A stretch of 61,274 nucleotides of DNA from Candidatus Omnitrophota bacterium (GCA_028712255.1 JAQTQJ010000011.1:1-61274); one strand, 5' to 3'. Counted from the stretch's first letter, positions 37,889 through 47,017 are shown. Notes: generated by a model from the sequence alone, not told the origin. Numbers and translations: made by a program.

Positions 37889-37904
37889 AATCAGGAGGAA
37901 ACAA

Positions 37905-39056
37905 ATGGATTATTTATTGACCGATGAACAAAAGATGATCAAGGATTTGGCGCATAAGATTGCCGAAGAAAAGATTCGTCCGGCAGCGGCTAAATATGAT
38001 ATTAGCGAAGAGTACCCCTGGGATGTTTTAAAGGTCATGGGTGAATCTGATATGTTTGGTTTATTTATTCCTGAAGAGTACGGCGGTTTTGCCAATAGCA
38101 CAATGAATCTATGCTTGGCAACCGAAGAGTTTTCCCGTGCCTGCGGCGGTATTGCAGTTTGCTATGCGGCCAGCGCTCTGGGGACAATCCCGATTGTTTT
38201 GTTTGGTACCGATGAACAGAAGAAAAAATATTTACCTGACCTAGCTAAAGGTAAAAAGGTTGCGGCATTCGCCATTACTGAACCTGAGGCTGGATCTGAT
38301 GCTTCAGGAATTAAAACTGTTGCTAGAAAAGAAGGAAAGCATTATATTTTAAATGGCCTCAAGCATTTTATTACTAACGGCGGAGATGCCGAAACTTATG
38401 TTGTAATTGCCATGACTGATAAAACAAAAGGAGCTCGTGGGGCAACTGCATTTATCGTTGAAAAAGGAACTCCTGGTTTTACTTTTGGTAAAAAAGAGGA
38501 TAAATTTGGTATTCGCGCCTCAAGTACGCGCGAACTGATTTTTACTGATTGTTTGATCCCAGAGGAGAATTTATTGGCAAAAGAAGGCATGGGTTTTATC
38601 GTCACTATGAGGACTTTTGATATGTCGCGGCCGGGTGTTGCGGCTCAGGCATTAGGTATTGCCCAGGGGGCTTTGGAGTTAGCAGTAAAATATGTGCGCG
38701 AAAGAGTACAGTTTGGTAAACCGATATCCAGTTTCCAAGGAATCCAGTGGATGATAGCAGATATGGCTACGGAAATCGAAGCAGCCCGCGGTTTAGTTTA
38801 TTCTACCGCTAGAATGCTTGATGCCGGAGTAAAGGATGTATCTAAAGAATCGGCAATGGCCAAGATGTATGCTTCAGATGTAGCGATGAAGGTTAGCGTA
38901 GATGCTTTGCAATTATTCGGCGGATACGGATATATGAAAGATTATCCGATTGAAAAATATGTACGTGATGCTAAAATTACCCAGATCTATGAGGGGACAA
39001 ACCAGGTGCAGCGCGGTATTATTGGTTTGAAAGTAATTAAGGAAATGGCCAAATGA
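37905..39056 (+). CDS. Acyl-CoA dehydrogenase (butyryl-CoA dehydrogenase-like)
   Basis: 383 aa. AFAITEPEAGSDA ... YEGTNQVQR. Confidence 0.9.
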   Translation: MDYLLTDEQKMIKDLAHKIAEEKIRPAAAKYDISEEYPWDVLKVMGESDMFGLFIPEEYGGFANSTMNLCLATEEFSRACGGIAVCYAASALGTIPIVLFGTDEQKKKYLPDLAKGKKVAAFAITEPEAGSDASGIKTVARKEGKHYILNGLKHFITNGGDAETYVVIAMTDKTKGARGATAFIVEKGTPGFTFGKKEDKFGIRASSTRELIFTDCLIPEENLLAKEGMGFIVTMRTFDMSRPGVAAQALGIAQGALELAVKYVRERVQFGKPISSFQGIQWMIADMATEIEAARGLVYSTARMLDAGVKDVSKESAMAKMYASDVAMKVSVDALQLFGGYGYMKDYPIEKYVRDAKITQIYEGTNQVQRGIIGLKVIKEMAK

Positions 39057-39064
39057 GTGGTAAA

Positions 39065-39125
39065 CTATAAGTCCTAAGCTTTAAGCTTACGGCGGCTTAT
39101 AGCTTATAACTTACAGCTTACAGCT
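39065..39125. repeat. Family B heptad palindrome
   Basis: CTATAAGTCCTAAGCTTTAAGCTTACGGCGGCTTATAGCTTATAACTTACAGCTTACAGCT. Confidence 0.85.
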
Positions 39126-39136
39126 AAAGATTAAAT

Positions 39137-39919
39137 ATGAATATAATCGTTTGTATCAAACAGGTTCCTGAGACTACTGAAGTAAGGATTAACCCTGAGA
39201 CCAATACACTGATGCGCGAAGGGGTCAAGGCGATTATAAATCCTTTTGATATGTATGCTATTGAAGAAGCAGTGAGGCTTAAGGAGAGATTTGGCGGTAA
39301 GATTAGCGTGCTTACCATGGGGCCGCCTCAGGCAGATCAGGCTTTGCGTGAAGCAATTTCTATGGGTGCTGATGAAGGTTATTTAGTTTGCGACCGTGCC
39401 TTTGCCGGAAGCGATACTTGGGCAACCAGCTATACTTTGGCAGGAGCAATTAAGAAGCTGGGAGCTTTTGATTTGATTATTTGTGGCAAACAAGCTTCAG
39501 ATGGAGACACGGCGCAGGTTGGCCCGGGAATATCCACGCATTTGAATATTCCGCAGGTAACTTATGTTAAAAAAGTAGAAGAGGCAACGGATAAGTCTAT
39601 GCGCCTGGAAAGAATGCTGGAAGAGGGATATGAAATTATTGAAACACCGCTTCCTGCGCTTTTAACCGTAGTTAAGGAGATCAACGAACCAAGGATTCCT
39701 TCGTTAAAAGGCTTAATGCGCGCAAAAAGCGCCAAAATTACTATGTTGACTCAAAAGGAGCTGGATTTGGATCCGCAACAGATTGGTTTATGCGGTTCAC
39801 CTACTCAGGTAGTAAAGATATTTACTCCAACACCAAGGGTTGGCGGCCAGATACTTAAAGGCGAGATTGACGAGATTGCCAAAGAGCTGGTGAGTTTAAT
39901 TAAAGACGAGGTTAATTAA
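39137..39919 (+). CDS. etfB: Electron transfer flavoprotein, beta subunit
   Basis: 260 aa. MNIIVCIKQVPET and CGKQASDGDTAQVGP. Confidence 0.9.
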   Translation: MNIIVCIKQVPETTEVRINPETNTLMREGVKAIINPFDMYAIEEAVRLKERFGGKISVLTMGPPQADQALREAISMGADEGYLVCDRAFAGSDTWATSYTLAGAIKKLGAFDLIICGKQASDGDTAQVGPGISTHLNIPQVTYVKKVEEATDKSMRLERMLEEGYEIIETPLPALLTVVKEINEPRIPSLKGLMRAKSAKITMLTQKELDLDPQQIGLCGSPTQVVKIFTPTPRVGGQILKGEIDEIAKELVSLIKDEVN

Positions 39920-39922
39920 AAA

Positions 39923-41125
39923 ATGTCTATTGCTATTATCGTTGAGAAATGCACCGGTTGTTCTTTGTGCGTTAAAGCCTGTCCTTTTGATGCTATTCGG
40001 ATTATGGATAAGAAGGCATCAGTTGATTTGCATAAGTGTACACTTTGCGGCTCATGTAAAGATGTATGCAAGTTTAAAGCGGTTTTACTAGAGAAGACCC
40101 CGGCTCAATGTGAATTGCCTGATATAAAAGATTATAAAGGAATTTGGGTTTTTATCGAACAGAAGAATGGCCGGGTGCAGTCGGTTTCATACGAATTATT
40201 AGGCAAGGCTCAAGAGTTGGCTAAGAAATTAAATTGCCAGGTAAGCGGGGTATTAATTGGAGATAAAATAGAAGATCAATTGGATGAATTAATTTTCTGC
40301 GGGGCAGATAATATCTATTTAGTAGAAGCTCCTGAGTTGGCTAATTTCCAGGATGAGCCATATACGAATATTTTAGTAGAGTTGGTTAAGAAATATAAGC
40401 CTGAAATTCTCTTGTGTGGAGCAACAAATATTGGCAGGAGCTTGATTTCTCGCGTGGCTATAAATATCAAGGCAGGACTAACCGCAGATTGCACGGGGTT
40501 GGATATTGACCCGGATAAAAAGATTCTATTGCAGACGCGCCCGGCTTTCGGCGGCAATATCATGGCTACAATTATTTCTCCCAATTACCGCCCGCAGATG
40601 GCAACAGTAAGGCATAAAGTTTTTGTCCCCATGCCCGCTGATAAAAAACGCAAAGGTAAGATTATAAAGGAAAGTTTCGACAATTCTCTTTATGTTTCAC
40701 GCACAAGGCTTATTGATATTGTTGAAGAGATTGAATCTACGGTAAATTTATCCGAAGCAAATATTATTGTTTCCGGAGGCCGCGGGATAGGCTCTCATGA
40801 AAATTTTAAATTATTAGAAGACCTGGCTCATGTTTTAGGGGCTGCAGTCGGCTCATCGCGTGCGGCGGTGGATTCCGGTTGGATGCCTTATTCGCATCAA
40901 GTTGGACAGACCGGCCGTACAGTTGGCCCGAAGATCTATTTTGCATGCGGGATAAGCGGCCAAATTCAGCACCTTGTTGGAATGCAGTCTTCAAAAATTA
41001 TCGTTGCCATCAATAAAGATCCTGAAGCTCCAATTTTCAAAGTTGCTACCTATGGAATTGTCGGCGATCTTTTTCAGGTTGTTCCTGCTTTAACGCAAGC
41101 TTTCAAAATAGCTCTCCGGAAATAA
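39923..41125 (+). CDS. etfA: Electron transfer flavoprotein alpha subunit with N-terminal 2x[4Fe-4S] ferredoxin domain
   Basis: 400 aa. CTGCSLCVKACP and CTLCGSCKDVC motifs precede the ETF-alpha core (GISGQIQHLVGM). Confidence 0.85.
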   Translation: MSIAIIVEKCTGCSLCVKACPFDAIRIMDKKASVDLHKCTLCGSCKDVCKFKAVLLEKTPAQCELPDIKDYKGIWVFIEQKNGRVQSVSYELLGKAQELAKKLNCQVSGVLIGDKIEDQLDELIFCGADNIYLVEAPELANFQDEPYTNILVELVKKYKPEILLCGATNIGRSLISRVAINIKAGLTADCTGLDIDPDKKILLQTRPAFGGNIMATIISPNYRPQMATVRHKVFVPMPADKKRKGKIIKESFDNSLYVSRTRLIDIVEEIESTVNLSEANIIVSGGRGIGSHENFKLLEDLAHVLGAAVGSSRAAVDSGWMPYSHQVGQTGRTVGPKIYFACGISGQIQHLVGMQSSKIIVAINKDPEAPIFKVATYGIVGDLFQVVPALTQAFKIALRK

Positions 41126-41136
41126 AGTTAAATCTA

Positions 41137-41180
41137 GGGGACGGTTCTCTTTTTAAAATTTAAAAAAGAAAACCGTCCCC
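41137..41180. repeat. Family A palindrome
   Basis: GGGGACGGTTCTCTTTTT-loop-AAAAAGAAAACCGTCCCC. Confidence 0.8.
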
Positions 41181-41231
41181 ATGTTTTTGGTATTATTTGC
41201 ATGTATATGTTAAAGAATGTAAAGATTCTCC

Positions 41232-41261
41232 TTGACAAAAAAGGGCTTTTTTGTTTATAAT
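41232..41261 (+). promoter_or_regulatory. Consensus sigma70-type promoter (TTGACA-18-TATAAT)
   Basis: TTGACA at 41232-41237 and TATAAT at 41256-41261. The first ATG (41268) lies 7 nt downstream of the -10 box. Confidence 0.6.
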
Positions 41262-41267
41262 AAACCT

Positions 41268-41447
41268 ATGGTAAATAACAATTTGATGACTATTGAAGAC
41301 CTGGCGGACTATTTAAAAGTTACCCGCCGCACTATTTATGATTGGCTAAAGCATAATAAGATACCTGCGCTAAAACTTGTAGGCCAATGGCGCTTTAAAA
41401 AAGATAAGATTGACGACTGGCTTGATGGCCAGTCCCAACCTCATTAA
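41268..41447 (+). CDS. Excisionase-family (MerR-like) helix-turn-helix DNA-binding protein
   Basis: 59 aa from ATG 41268 (alternative ATG at 41286). TIEDLADYLKVTRRTIYDWLKHNKIPALKLVGQWRFKKDKIDDWL. Confidence 0.7.
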   Translation: MVNNNLMTIEDLADYLKVTRRTIYDWLKHNKIPALKLVGQWRFKKDKIDDWLDGQSQPH

Positions 41448-41505
41448 CATGCGGCGCTAATTGGTATTGCGCCGGTGTATGTTTCTACATTAGGAGGAAT
41501 TAAAT

Positions 41506-44500
41506 ATGTATTTTAAAAGACTAGAATTGGTTGGTTTTAAATCATTTTGCGATAAGACTACGCTTAATTTTGAGCCGGGAATTACCGCTGTTGTCGGGCC
41601 GAATGGCTGCGGAAAATCGAATATTTTTGATTCTATCCGTTGGGTTCTAGGGGAGCAGTCGGCAAAATCATTACGCGGTTCAGAGATGCTTGATGTTATC
41701 TTTAATGGTACGGATAACAAGGAGCCGCTGAGCATGGCTGAGGTAAGCCTGACTTTTGATAATACCAGCCGTTTTTTTAATGTTGATAATCCGGAGGTGT
41801 TGATTACCCGCAGGCTTTTTCGATCAGGGGAAAGCGAATATATGCTTAATAAAGCCACAGTGCGGCTTAAGGATATTCTGGATCTGTTATTAGGAACGGG
41901 TATTGGTGCTGAAAGTTATTCTATTATTGCCCAGGGGAAAATTGATTTGGTATTAAGTTCTCGCCCGGAAGACCGCAGGATTGTTTTTGATGAGGCAAGT
42001 GGAATAAGTAAGTATAAAGCTCAGAAAAGAGAAACTATGCGTAAGCTGGAAGAGACCGAACAAAATCTTCTGCGTGTAAATGATATTGTTACAGAAGTTA
42101 GGCGTCAGATTGGATCTTTAGAGCGCCAAGCTAATAAAGCGCGAAAATATAAGGAAATTTTTGAAGAACTGAAATTGAAAGAAATTGACTTGGCTGTCCT
42201 TGATAAAAAAAATCTGCTCAAAGAAAAGGACGAACTTATTCATCAACTGGCTGTTTTGGAAAAAGAAGAGTCATCTTTGAATGAATTAGTCAGGCAACAG
42301 GAAGAAAAGATTGCTAACCGTCAGTCGGAGTTAAAAACTTTAGAACAAGCCTTAATGGATGTGCGCAGTCAAATGCTCAGTTTGGAAAACAGCCTGATAC
42401 GCAATAACGAACATATTAATTTTAATCAGCAGCGTATAGTCGAATTAACCCAGAATTATGGAGTTTTAGTTGGGCAGATTGATCAGGCTCATGCCAAGCT
42501 CGTCCAGGACCAGGAGAAGCTGCAAAAGGTACGTAGTGAGTACGCAAGCCTCAAAGAGAATATAGACAGTAAACAATCTGTTTTGGAACAGAAGGAAGAT
42601 GAAATCAATAAGCTAGGCGTTCTTATTAAAAACTCCCTAGAGGTTATTTCCGAAAGCAAAAAATTAATTTTAGATTTAGAGGCTGCAATTTCCAATGTTC
42701 ATAATGAAATAGGGAATTTCAACTCTAGGCATCAGGTATTCTTGGCGCGTAAAAAAAGGTTAGAAATTGAAAAAGCTAAAGTTTATGAAGAGAAGGTGAT
42801 CACTGAGGAAGTCCTCAAAAAGGTTGCTGAGGAGTTGATAGCTACCCGTACGCTGGTTGATGAATTTAGTAAAAAGATATCTGATGTAAAGATAAGCCTC
42901 CAGCAGGAAGGGCAAAATTTGAATGAGATTAATAAAGAGATTGCCAATCTTGAAAATGAAAAAATTACCCTGGTTTCCCACAAGGAATTTTTAGAGAAAT
43001 TAAAGAGTAAATATGATGATATTGGTGAATCTTTGAATGCGGTGATTTATCTGGATAAGGCGCCAAGTGAGAGCCTGACCGGATTGGTGGTAAAGATTCA
43101 GAATCAAGGCCTTTTTGAAAAAGATGGTCATATAGCGGATACCTCTGTTTTTAAAATAAGCGGAGAGGCCAAGCCCATCGAATTAGATACGCGCAATATT
43201 GATGAAAAGATTTTAAAAATAGAGGAGAATCTTGGTGAACTGAGGAACAAAATGATATTGCGTCAGACCTGCATTTCGGAGTTAACTAAGATGTCCGTGG
43301 ATCTTGAGCAAGAACTGCGCAATCACGAGATTACGTTAGCTAATAAAGAATCTAGCTGCCAGGCGACTCAGGAACAATTTAATAAAATTAAAGAAGAAGA
43401 GGATGTTATTGTAATGGAGCTTTCTGATGTAGGGCGCGAGATTACTGCAATCGAGCAGAATTTAGCTACTTTTCAGGAGCAGCTTTCTAGTTTAAATAAC
43501 CAACAAAGGCTTAAACAGGATTTAATTGGGCAAGAAGAGGACGCCATTACGTTAAACAGTAAGGCGCGTGAGGAAGTCCTGGTTTTGATTACTCAAACTA
43601 AAACTGAAATTGAAGCGCTTAATAAGCGTTTTAGTTCCGATGAGGCGACTCTAAAAATCTTAGATGAAACCTATGCTCAGGATAAGGGGAGCCTGGAGAA
43701 TATTGAGAGGCAAATTAACGAAGCCAAAGAGCGCCAAGATGCTTTGAAGTTTGAAATTACGCAATGCCAGGATTTGATTAAGCAGTCAGAAATTTTAATT
43801 GAACAAAAAAAAGGTGAATTTTATCAAGTTGAACTTAAATACAATGAGGTTTCCGGGGGAACAGCCGGGTTAGTCAAGAAGATTGAGGCTGACCGTAAGG
43901 CGCTTGACCAGGTTAAAAACCAATTGCATGATTTAGCGATGCGTGATAAAGATTTGGATTATCGCTATGCGACAATAAAGGAAAGGATGCTTTCTGCTTA
44001 TAGAATAGATTTAGATCAACAGAATCAACAAGATAAAGAATTAGGCAAAGAAGGGCTCTCTGAGGAGATCAATGAATTAAAAAGAAAGCTTGATTCCTGC
44101 GGCTCGGTAAATTTAGTTGCCATAGAAGAGTACGATGAGTTAAAGAAGCGTTACGATTTTCTTATTCAGCAACAGACTGACCTTGGCCAGGCAAAAGAAT
44201 CTTTGCATCAGGCAATTTTAAAAATTAACCGTACTACAAAGCAGATGTTTATGGAGACATTTGAGAAAGTGAAGGTGGAATTTAAGAACTATTTTCGCCT
44301 GCTTTTTAACGGCGGTGACGCGCAGCTTTTCTTGCTTGATGAGAATGATCCGCTTGAGTCGGGGATTGAGATTATCTGCCGGCCTCCGGGAAAGAAACTG
44401 CAGAATGTACTTCTTCTTTCCGGCGGCGAGAAAACCATGTCGGCAATTGCTTTGATATTTGCGATTTTTAAAGTTAAGCCTTCGCCATTCTGCATTTTGG

Positions 44501-44736
44501 ATGAGATTGATGCTGCTCTTGATGAAGCCAACGTTGACAGGTTCTCAAGAGTCTTGCAGGAGTTTGCCAAGAGCTCCCAGTTTATTGTGATTACCCATAA
44601 CAAAAAAACAATTGTTAATGCCAATATTATGTATGGTATTACTATGGAACAGTCTGGAGTTTCTAAGATAGTTTCCGTAAAATTGTCGCAGAATAAAGAA
44701 AAGGAAAAACAAGAGGAACCAATCCTGTCATCCTGA
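41506..44736 (+). CDS. smc: Chromosome segregation protein SMC
   Basis: 1076 aa. FKSF..GPNGCGKSN Walker A, long coiled coils, LSGGEKT signature and ILDEIDAALD Walker B. Confidence 0.95.
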   Translation: MYFKRLELVGFKSFCDKTTLNFEPGITAVVGPNGCGKSNIFDSIRWVLGEQSAKSLRGSEMLDVIFNGTDNKEPLSMAEVSLTFDNTSRFFNVDNPEVLITRRLFRSGESEYMLNKATVRLKDILDLLLGTGIGAESYSIIAQGKIDLVLSSRPEDRRIVFDEASGISKYKAQKRETMRKLEETEQNLLRVNDIVTEVRRQIGSLERQANKARKYKEIFEELKLKEIDLAVLDKKNLLKEKDELIHQLAVLEKEESSLNELVRQQEEKIANRQSELKTLEQALMDVRSQMLSLENSLIRNNEHINFNQQRIVELTQNYGVLVGQIDQAHAKLVQDQEKLQKVRSEYASLKENIDSKQSVLEQKEDEINKLGVLIKNSLEVISESKKLILDLEAAISNVHNEIGNFNSRHQVFLARKKRLEIEKAKVYEEKVITEEVLKKVAEELIATRTLVDEFSKKISDVKISLQQEGQNLNEINKEIANLENEKITLVSHKEFLEKLKSKYDDIGESLNAVIYLDKAPSESLTGLVVKIQNQGLFEKDGHIADTSVFKISGEAKPIELDTRNIDEKILKIEENLGELRNKMILRQTCISELTKMSVDLEQELRNHEITLANKESSCQATQEQFNKIKEEEDVIVMELSDVGREITAIEQNLATFQEQLSSLNNQQRLKQDLIGQEEDAITLNSKAREEVLVLITQTKTEIEALNKRFSSDEATLKILDETYAQDKGSLENIERQINEAKERQDALKFEITQCQDLIKQSEILIEQKKGEFYQVELKYNEVSGGTAGLVKKIEADRKALDQVKNQLHDLAMRDKDLDYRYATIKERMLSAYRIDLDQQNQQDKELGKEGLSEEINELKRKLDSCGSVNLVAIEEYDELKKRYDFLIQQQTDLGQAKESLHQAILKINRTTKQMFMETFEKVKVEFKNYFRLLFNGGDAQLFLLDENDPLESGIEIICRPPGKKLQNVLLLSGGEKTMSAIALIFAIFKVKPSPFCILDEIDAALDEANVDRFSRVLQEFAKSSQFIVITHNKKTIVNANIMYGITMEQSGVSKIVSVKLSQNKEKEKQEEPILSS

Positions 44737-44851
44737 GGGAGCATGGTGATTTCCGTCATTCTGAGCCCGAAGGGCGAAGAATCTAAAGACGAGATCCTTC
44801 CCCTTCACTTCGTTCAGGGTCAGGATGACGTTATGACGCAGTCAGAATGAC
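44727..44851. repeat. Nested family E palindromes (GTCATYCTGAG ... TCAGRATGAC) between convergent smc and GGDEF genes
   Basis: Left arms at 44727 and 44755. Right arms at 44820-44829 and 44841-44851. The outer arms overlap the smc stop and abut the GGDEF stop. Confidence 0.8.
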
Positions 44852-46054
44852 TCATGCGCAACAAGTATTATTTTTGCCTTTGTTTTTGGCTTGGTAGAGT
44901 GACTTATCGGAAGAAGTAATTAATTCTGCTGGAAGTTGTCCATCTTCGGGGAAAGTAGCAATCCCTAAGCTTGCCGTCAACATCTTATTGGGAAAAATTT
45001 CTTCATTCAGGAAAGGGGATTTTTGGATATCCATCCTTATGCGTTCAGCGATTAAAAAAGCCTCTTTTTTATCAGTACGGGGAAGGATGATAGTAAATTC
45101 TTCTCCTCCGTAACGGCAGACAAAATCCATTTTACGCGATTGATTACGTAAGAGGGTAGCTAGGTCTTTTAATATTTTATCTCCTGCCTGATGTCCAAGC
45201 GTATCATTATAGATTTTAAAATCATCTATATCTACCGTAATTAAGCTAAGTGGGCTTTTATTTGCTTTAGTCTTTTCAATCTCCGTGTGTAGTAAGTACT
45301 GAAAATACCCATGGTTCCAGAGGCCGGTCAAATAATCCGAATGCGCCCGTTCCGCGGTTAATTCAAAGAGTTGAGAGTTTTCGATTGCCAGGCCTGCTTG
45401 GTTGGCAAGCATAGTTAGCATGCGGATATCATCTTTGGTAATCGGGTCATTGGTAATAAAATTATCTGCCACGATTATTCCATTTACTCTGTCTTTTGCT
45501 TTTAGAGGAATGAGCACAAGTTCATCGCTTTCCAATATTTGGATTACCGGTGAATTTCGGTACTGATGGAGAGTTTGACCGGTTAAATGCAGAGGCATGC
45601 CTTCTAATACCGCCAAGGCGAGCGGATTTTCATTCTTATTAAGCATAGATACTTTTAAATCCCTAACCTGCCGGTTAAAACTTGATTCTAATACAACATT
45701 AGAATTTTTAAAGGCGCCGATTAGGTCATCAAGATCCATTTTTTCCTCTTCGATTTTTGTCCAGGCAATGTTAGCTTCTTCCCCATTTTCCGGGCCGATT
45801 CCCATCTTGCCTTCGATGATTTTTTCTTTCTCATTAACCAAGAAAAGCATGGCGCGGTTAAAACCTAAGCCTGTATGCGCGGTTACACCGGTAAGGATAA
45901 TATAGAGGATTTCATCTAGCTTTAGTGTGGTGCGCATAGCATTAGAAACCTCATAGAGTATCCCTAGCTCAGTTTTGGTACGTTCAAGTTCAACTTTGAG
46001 TTTATTTAACTCTTCCATAAGGCTAAATCTAGCATATTCTGTTCTGCTTGTCAA
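44852..46054 (-). CDS. Diguanylate cyclase with N-terminal coiled coil and GAF domain
   Basis: 400 aa. RYGGEEF active site with I-site RKMD five residues upstream. The only minus-strand gene in the window. Confidence 0.9.
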   Translation of the reverse strand: MTSRTEYARFSLMEELNKLKVELERTKTELGILYEVSNAMRTTLKLDEILYIILTGVTAHTGLGFNRAMLFLVNEKEKIIEGKMGIGPENGEEANIAWTKIEEEKMDLDDLIGAFKNSNVVLESSFNRQVRDLKVSMLNKNENPLALAVLEGMPLHLTGQTLHQYRNSPVIQILESDELVLIPLKAKDRVNGIIVADNFITNDPITKDDIRMLTMLANQAGLAIENSQLFELTAERAHSDYLTGLWNHGYFQYLLHTEIEKTKANKSPLSLITVDIDDFKIYNDTLGHQAGDKILKDLATLLRNQSRKMDFVCRYGGEEFTIILPRTDKKEAFLIAERIRMDIQKSPFLNEEIFPNKMLTASLGIATFPEDGQLPAELITSSDKSLYQAKNKGKNNTCCA

Positions 46055-46080
46055 GGAAGGCGAAAAGAAAGCGAAAAGAA

Positions 46081-46113
46081 CTATAAGTTTTAAGTCCTAA
46101 GTTGTAAGCTAAA
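46081..46113. repeat. Family B half-element; direct repeat of 48505-48537
   Basis: CTATAAGTTTTAAGTCCTAAGTTGTAAGCTAAA versus CTGTAAGTTTTAAGTCCTAAGCTGTAAGCTAAA: 33 nt with 2 mismatches. Confidence 0.85.
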
Positions 46114-46116
46114 AAT

Positions 46117-46156
46117 AAAGGGGACGGTTCTCTTAAAAAAGAGAAGCGTCCCCTTT
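46117..46156. repeat. Family A palindrome in a divergent intergenic region
   Basis: AAAGGGGACGGTTCTCTT-AAAAAA-GAGAAGCGTCCCCTTT. It lies upstream of both flanking genes, so it terminates neither. Confidence 0.8.
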
Positions 46157-46162
46157 ATTTCT

Positions 46163-46191
46163 TTGACAGAATAAAAGGTATGCATTATAAT
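46163..46191 (+). promoter_or_regulatory. Consensus sigma70-type promoter (TTGACA-17-TATAAT) of fibre-like gene 1
   Basis: TTGACA at 46163-46168 and TATAAT at 46186-46191. Shares TGCATTATAATATAA with the promoter at 47018. Confidence 0.7.
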
Positions 46192-46213
46192 ATAAATAAT
46201 ACTGGAGAAGCAT

Positions 46214-46930
46214 ATGGGTAGGTTATTAAAAAGTATTTTTCTAATTTTTTTTCTTCTGTTTTTTTGTTCAATTAGTGTTTTTGCAGCCGAAGAAATTACC
46301 ATTACTACTTACTATCCTTCGCCTTATGGTTCGTATAATCAATTACAGGCTAGTACTCTGGGAGTGGGAGATAATAATGGCAATGGAGTACTTGATAGTA
46401 GAGATGTCCCTAATCCAACTACGAATCCCGGAGAGGTTTGGATTAGGGGTAGGGTCGGTATTGGCGGTTCCTCAACGTTTATAGATATTTTTAAAGATCC
46501 AAAATTGACTCTTTGGGCTAATAATGGTGTTGATGGCGGCGGCGATCTGATTTTTAAAGATAATGGAAATGATGCTGGTGATATTGTTTGGATTAACTCA
46601 AGTAATACGCAGCTTGGCCGCATATGGACAAACACTGGTGGCCTTTCAGAGCTCTATTTTAGCTCCGGAGATATAACAGCTGATCTTACAATAAAAGCTA
46701 ATGGCGACGTTGGTATTGGGACGACGGACCCGAATAGTAAGTTCCAAGTAGTAGGAAATTATCTGCAAATACCAACAATGGCGAGTTTTCCTCCGGCTAG
46801 CGATTGCAATGAAGATTCGGAAGTAGGCCGAATGGTAGTATCCGGATACCCTTCGGAAGGGTTTTTATGGGTGTGCTTGCATGGTAGTGATAATATTATT
46901 CGTTGGGTTAAAGAAAACCATACATATTAG
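46214..46930 (+). CDS. Secreted fibre/adhesin-like protein, short paralogue (unknown family)
   Basis: 238 aa. Signal peptide (..SVFA/AEE), conserved EEITITTYYPSPYGSYNQL, Ca-binding-like GDNNGNGVLDSRD, G(R/D)VGIG repeats and a C-terminal two-Cys domain. Confidence 0.6.
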   Translation: MGRLLKSIFLIFFLLFFCSISVFAAEEITITTYYPSPYGSYNQLQASTLGVGDNNGNGVLDSRDVPNPTTNPGEVWIRGRVGIGGSSTFIDIFKDPKLTLWANNGVDGGGDLIFKDNGNDAGDIVWINSSNTQLGRIWTNTGGLSELYFSSGDITADLTIKANGDVGIGTTDPNSKFQVVGNYLQIPTMASFPPASDCNEDSEVGRMVVSGYPSEGFLWVCLHGSDNIIRWVKENHTY

Positions 46931-46965
46931 GGCTGCGTGAAGCAGATATTTTCATGTTAGATCTC

Positions 46966-47010
46966 CCCTTCTTTTTACGTCAATTGAACTAAAAAGAAGG
47001 GATTTTTATT
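46966..47010 (+). terminator. Intrinsic terminator of fibre-like gene 1
   Basis: CCCTTCTTTTT-loop-AAAAAGAAGGG followed by ATTTTTATTT. Homologous to the terminator at 48453. Confidence 0.7.
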
Positions 47011-47017
47011 TGTTGTT

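Noticed and set aside
7809-46484. Internal + strand alternative-frame ORFs (7809-7997, 14041-14265, 28430-28615, 34487-34735, 46275-46484).
   Set aside because: They are embedded out of frame in longer, well-supported genes. They have no SD sequence and low-complexity composition.
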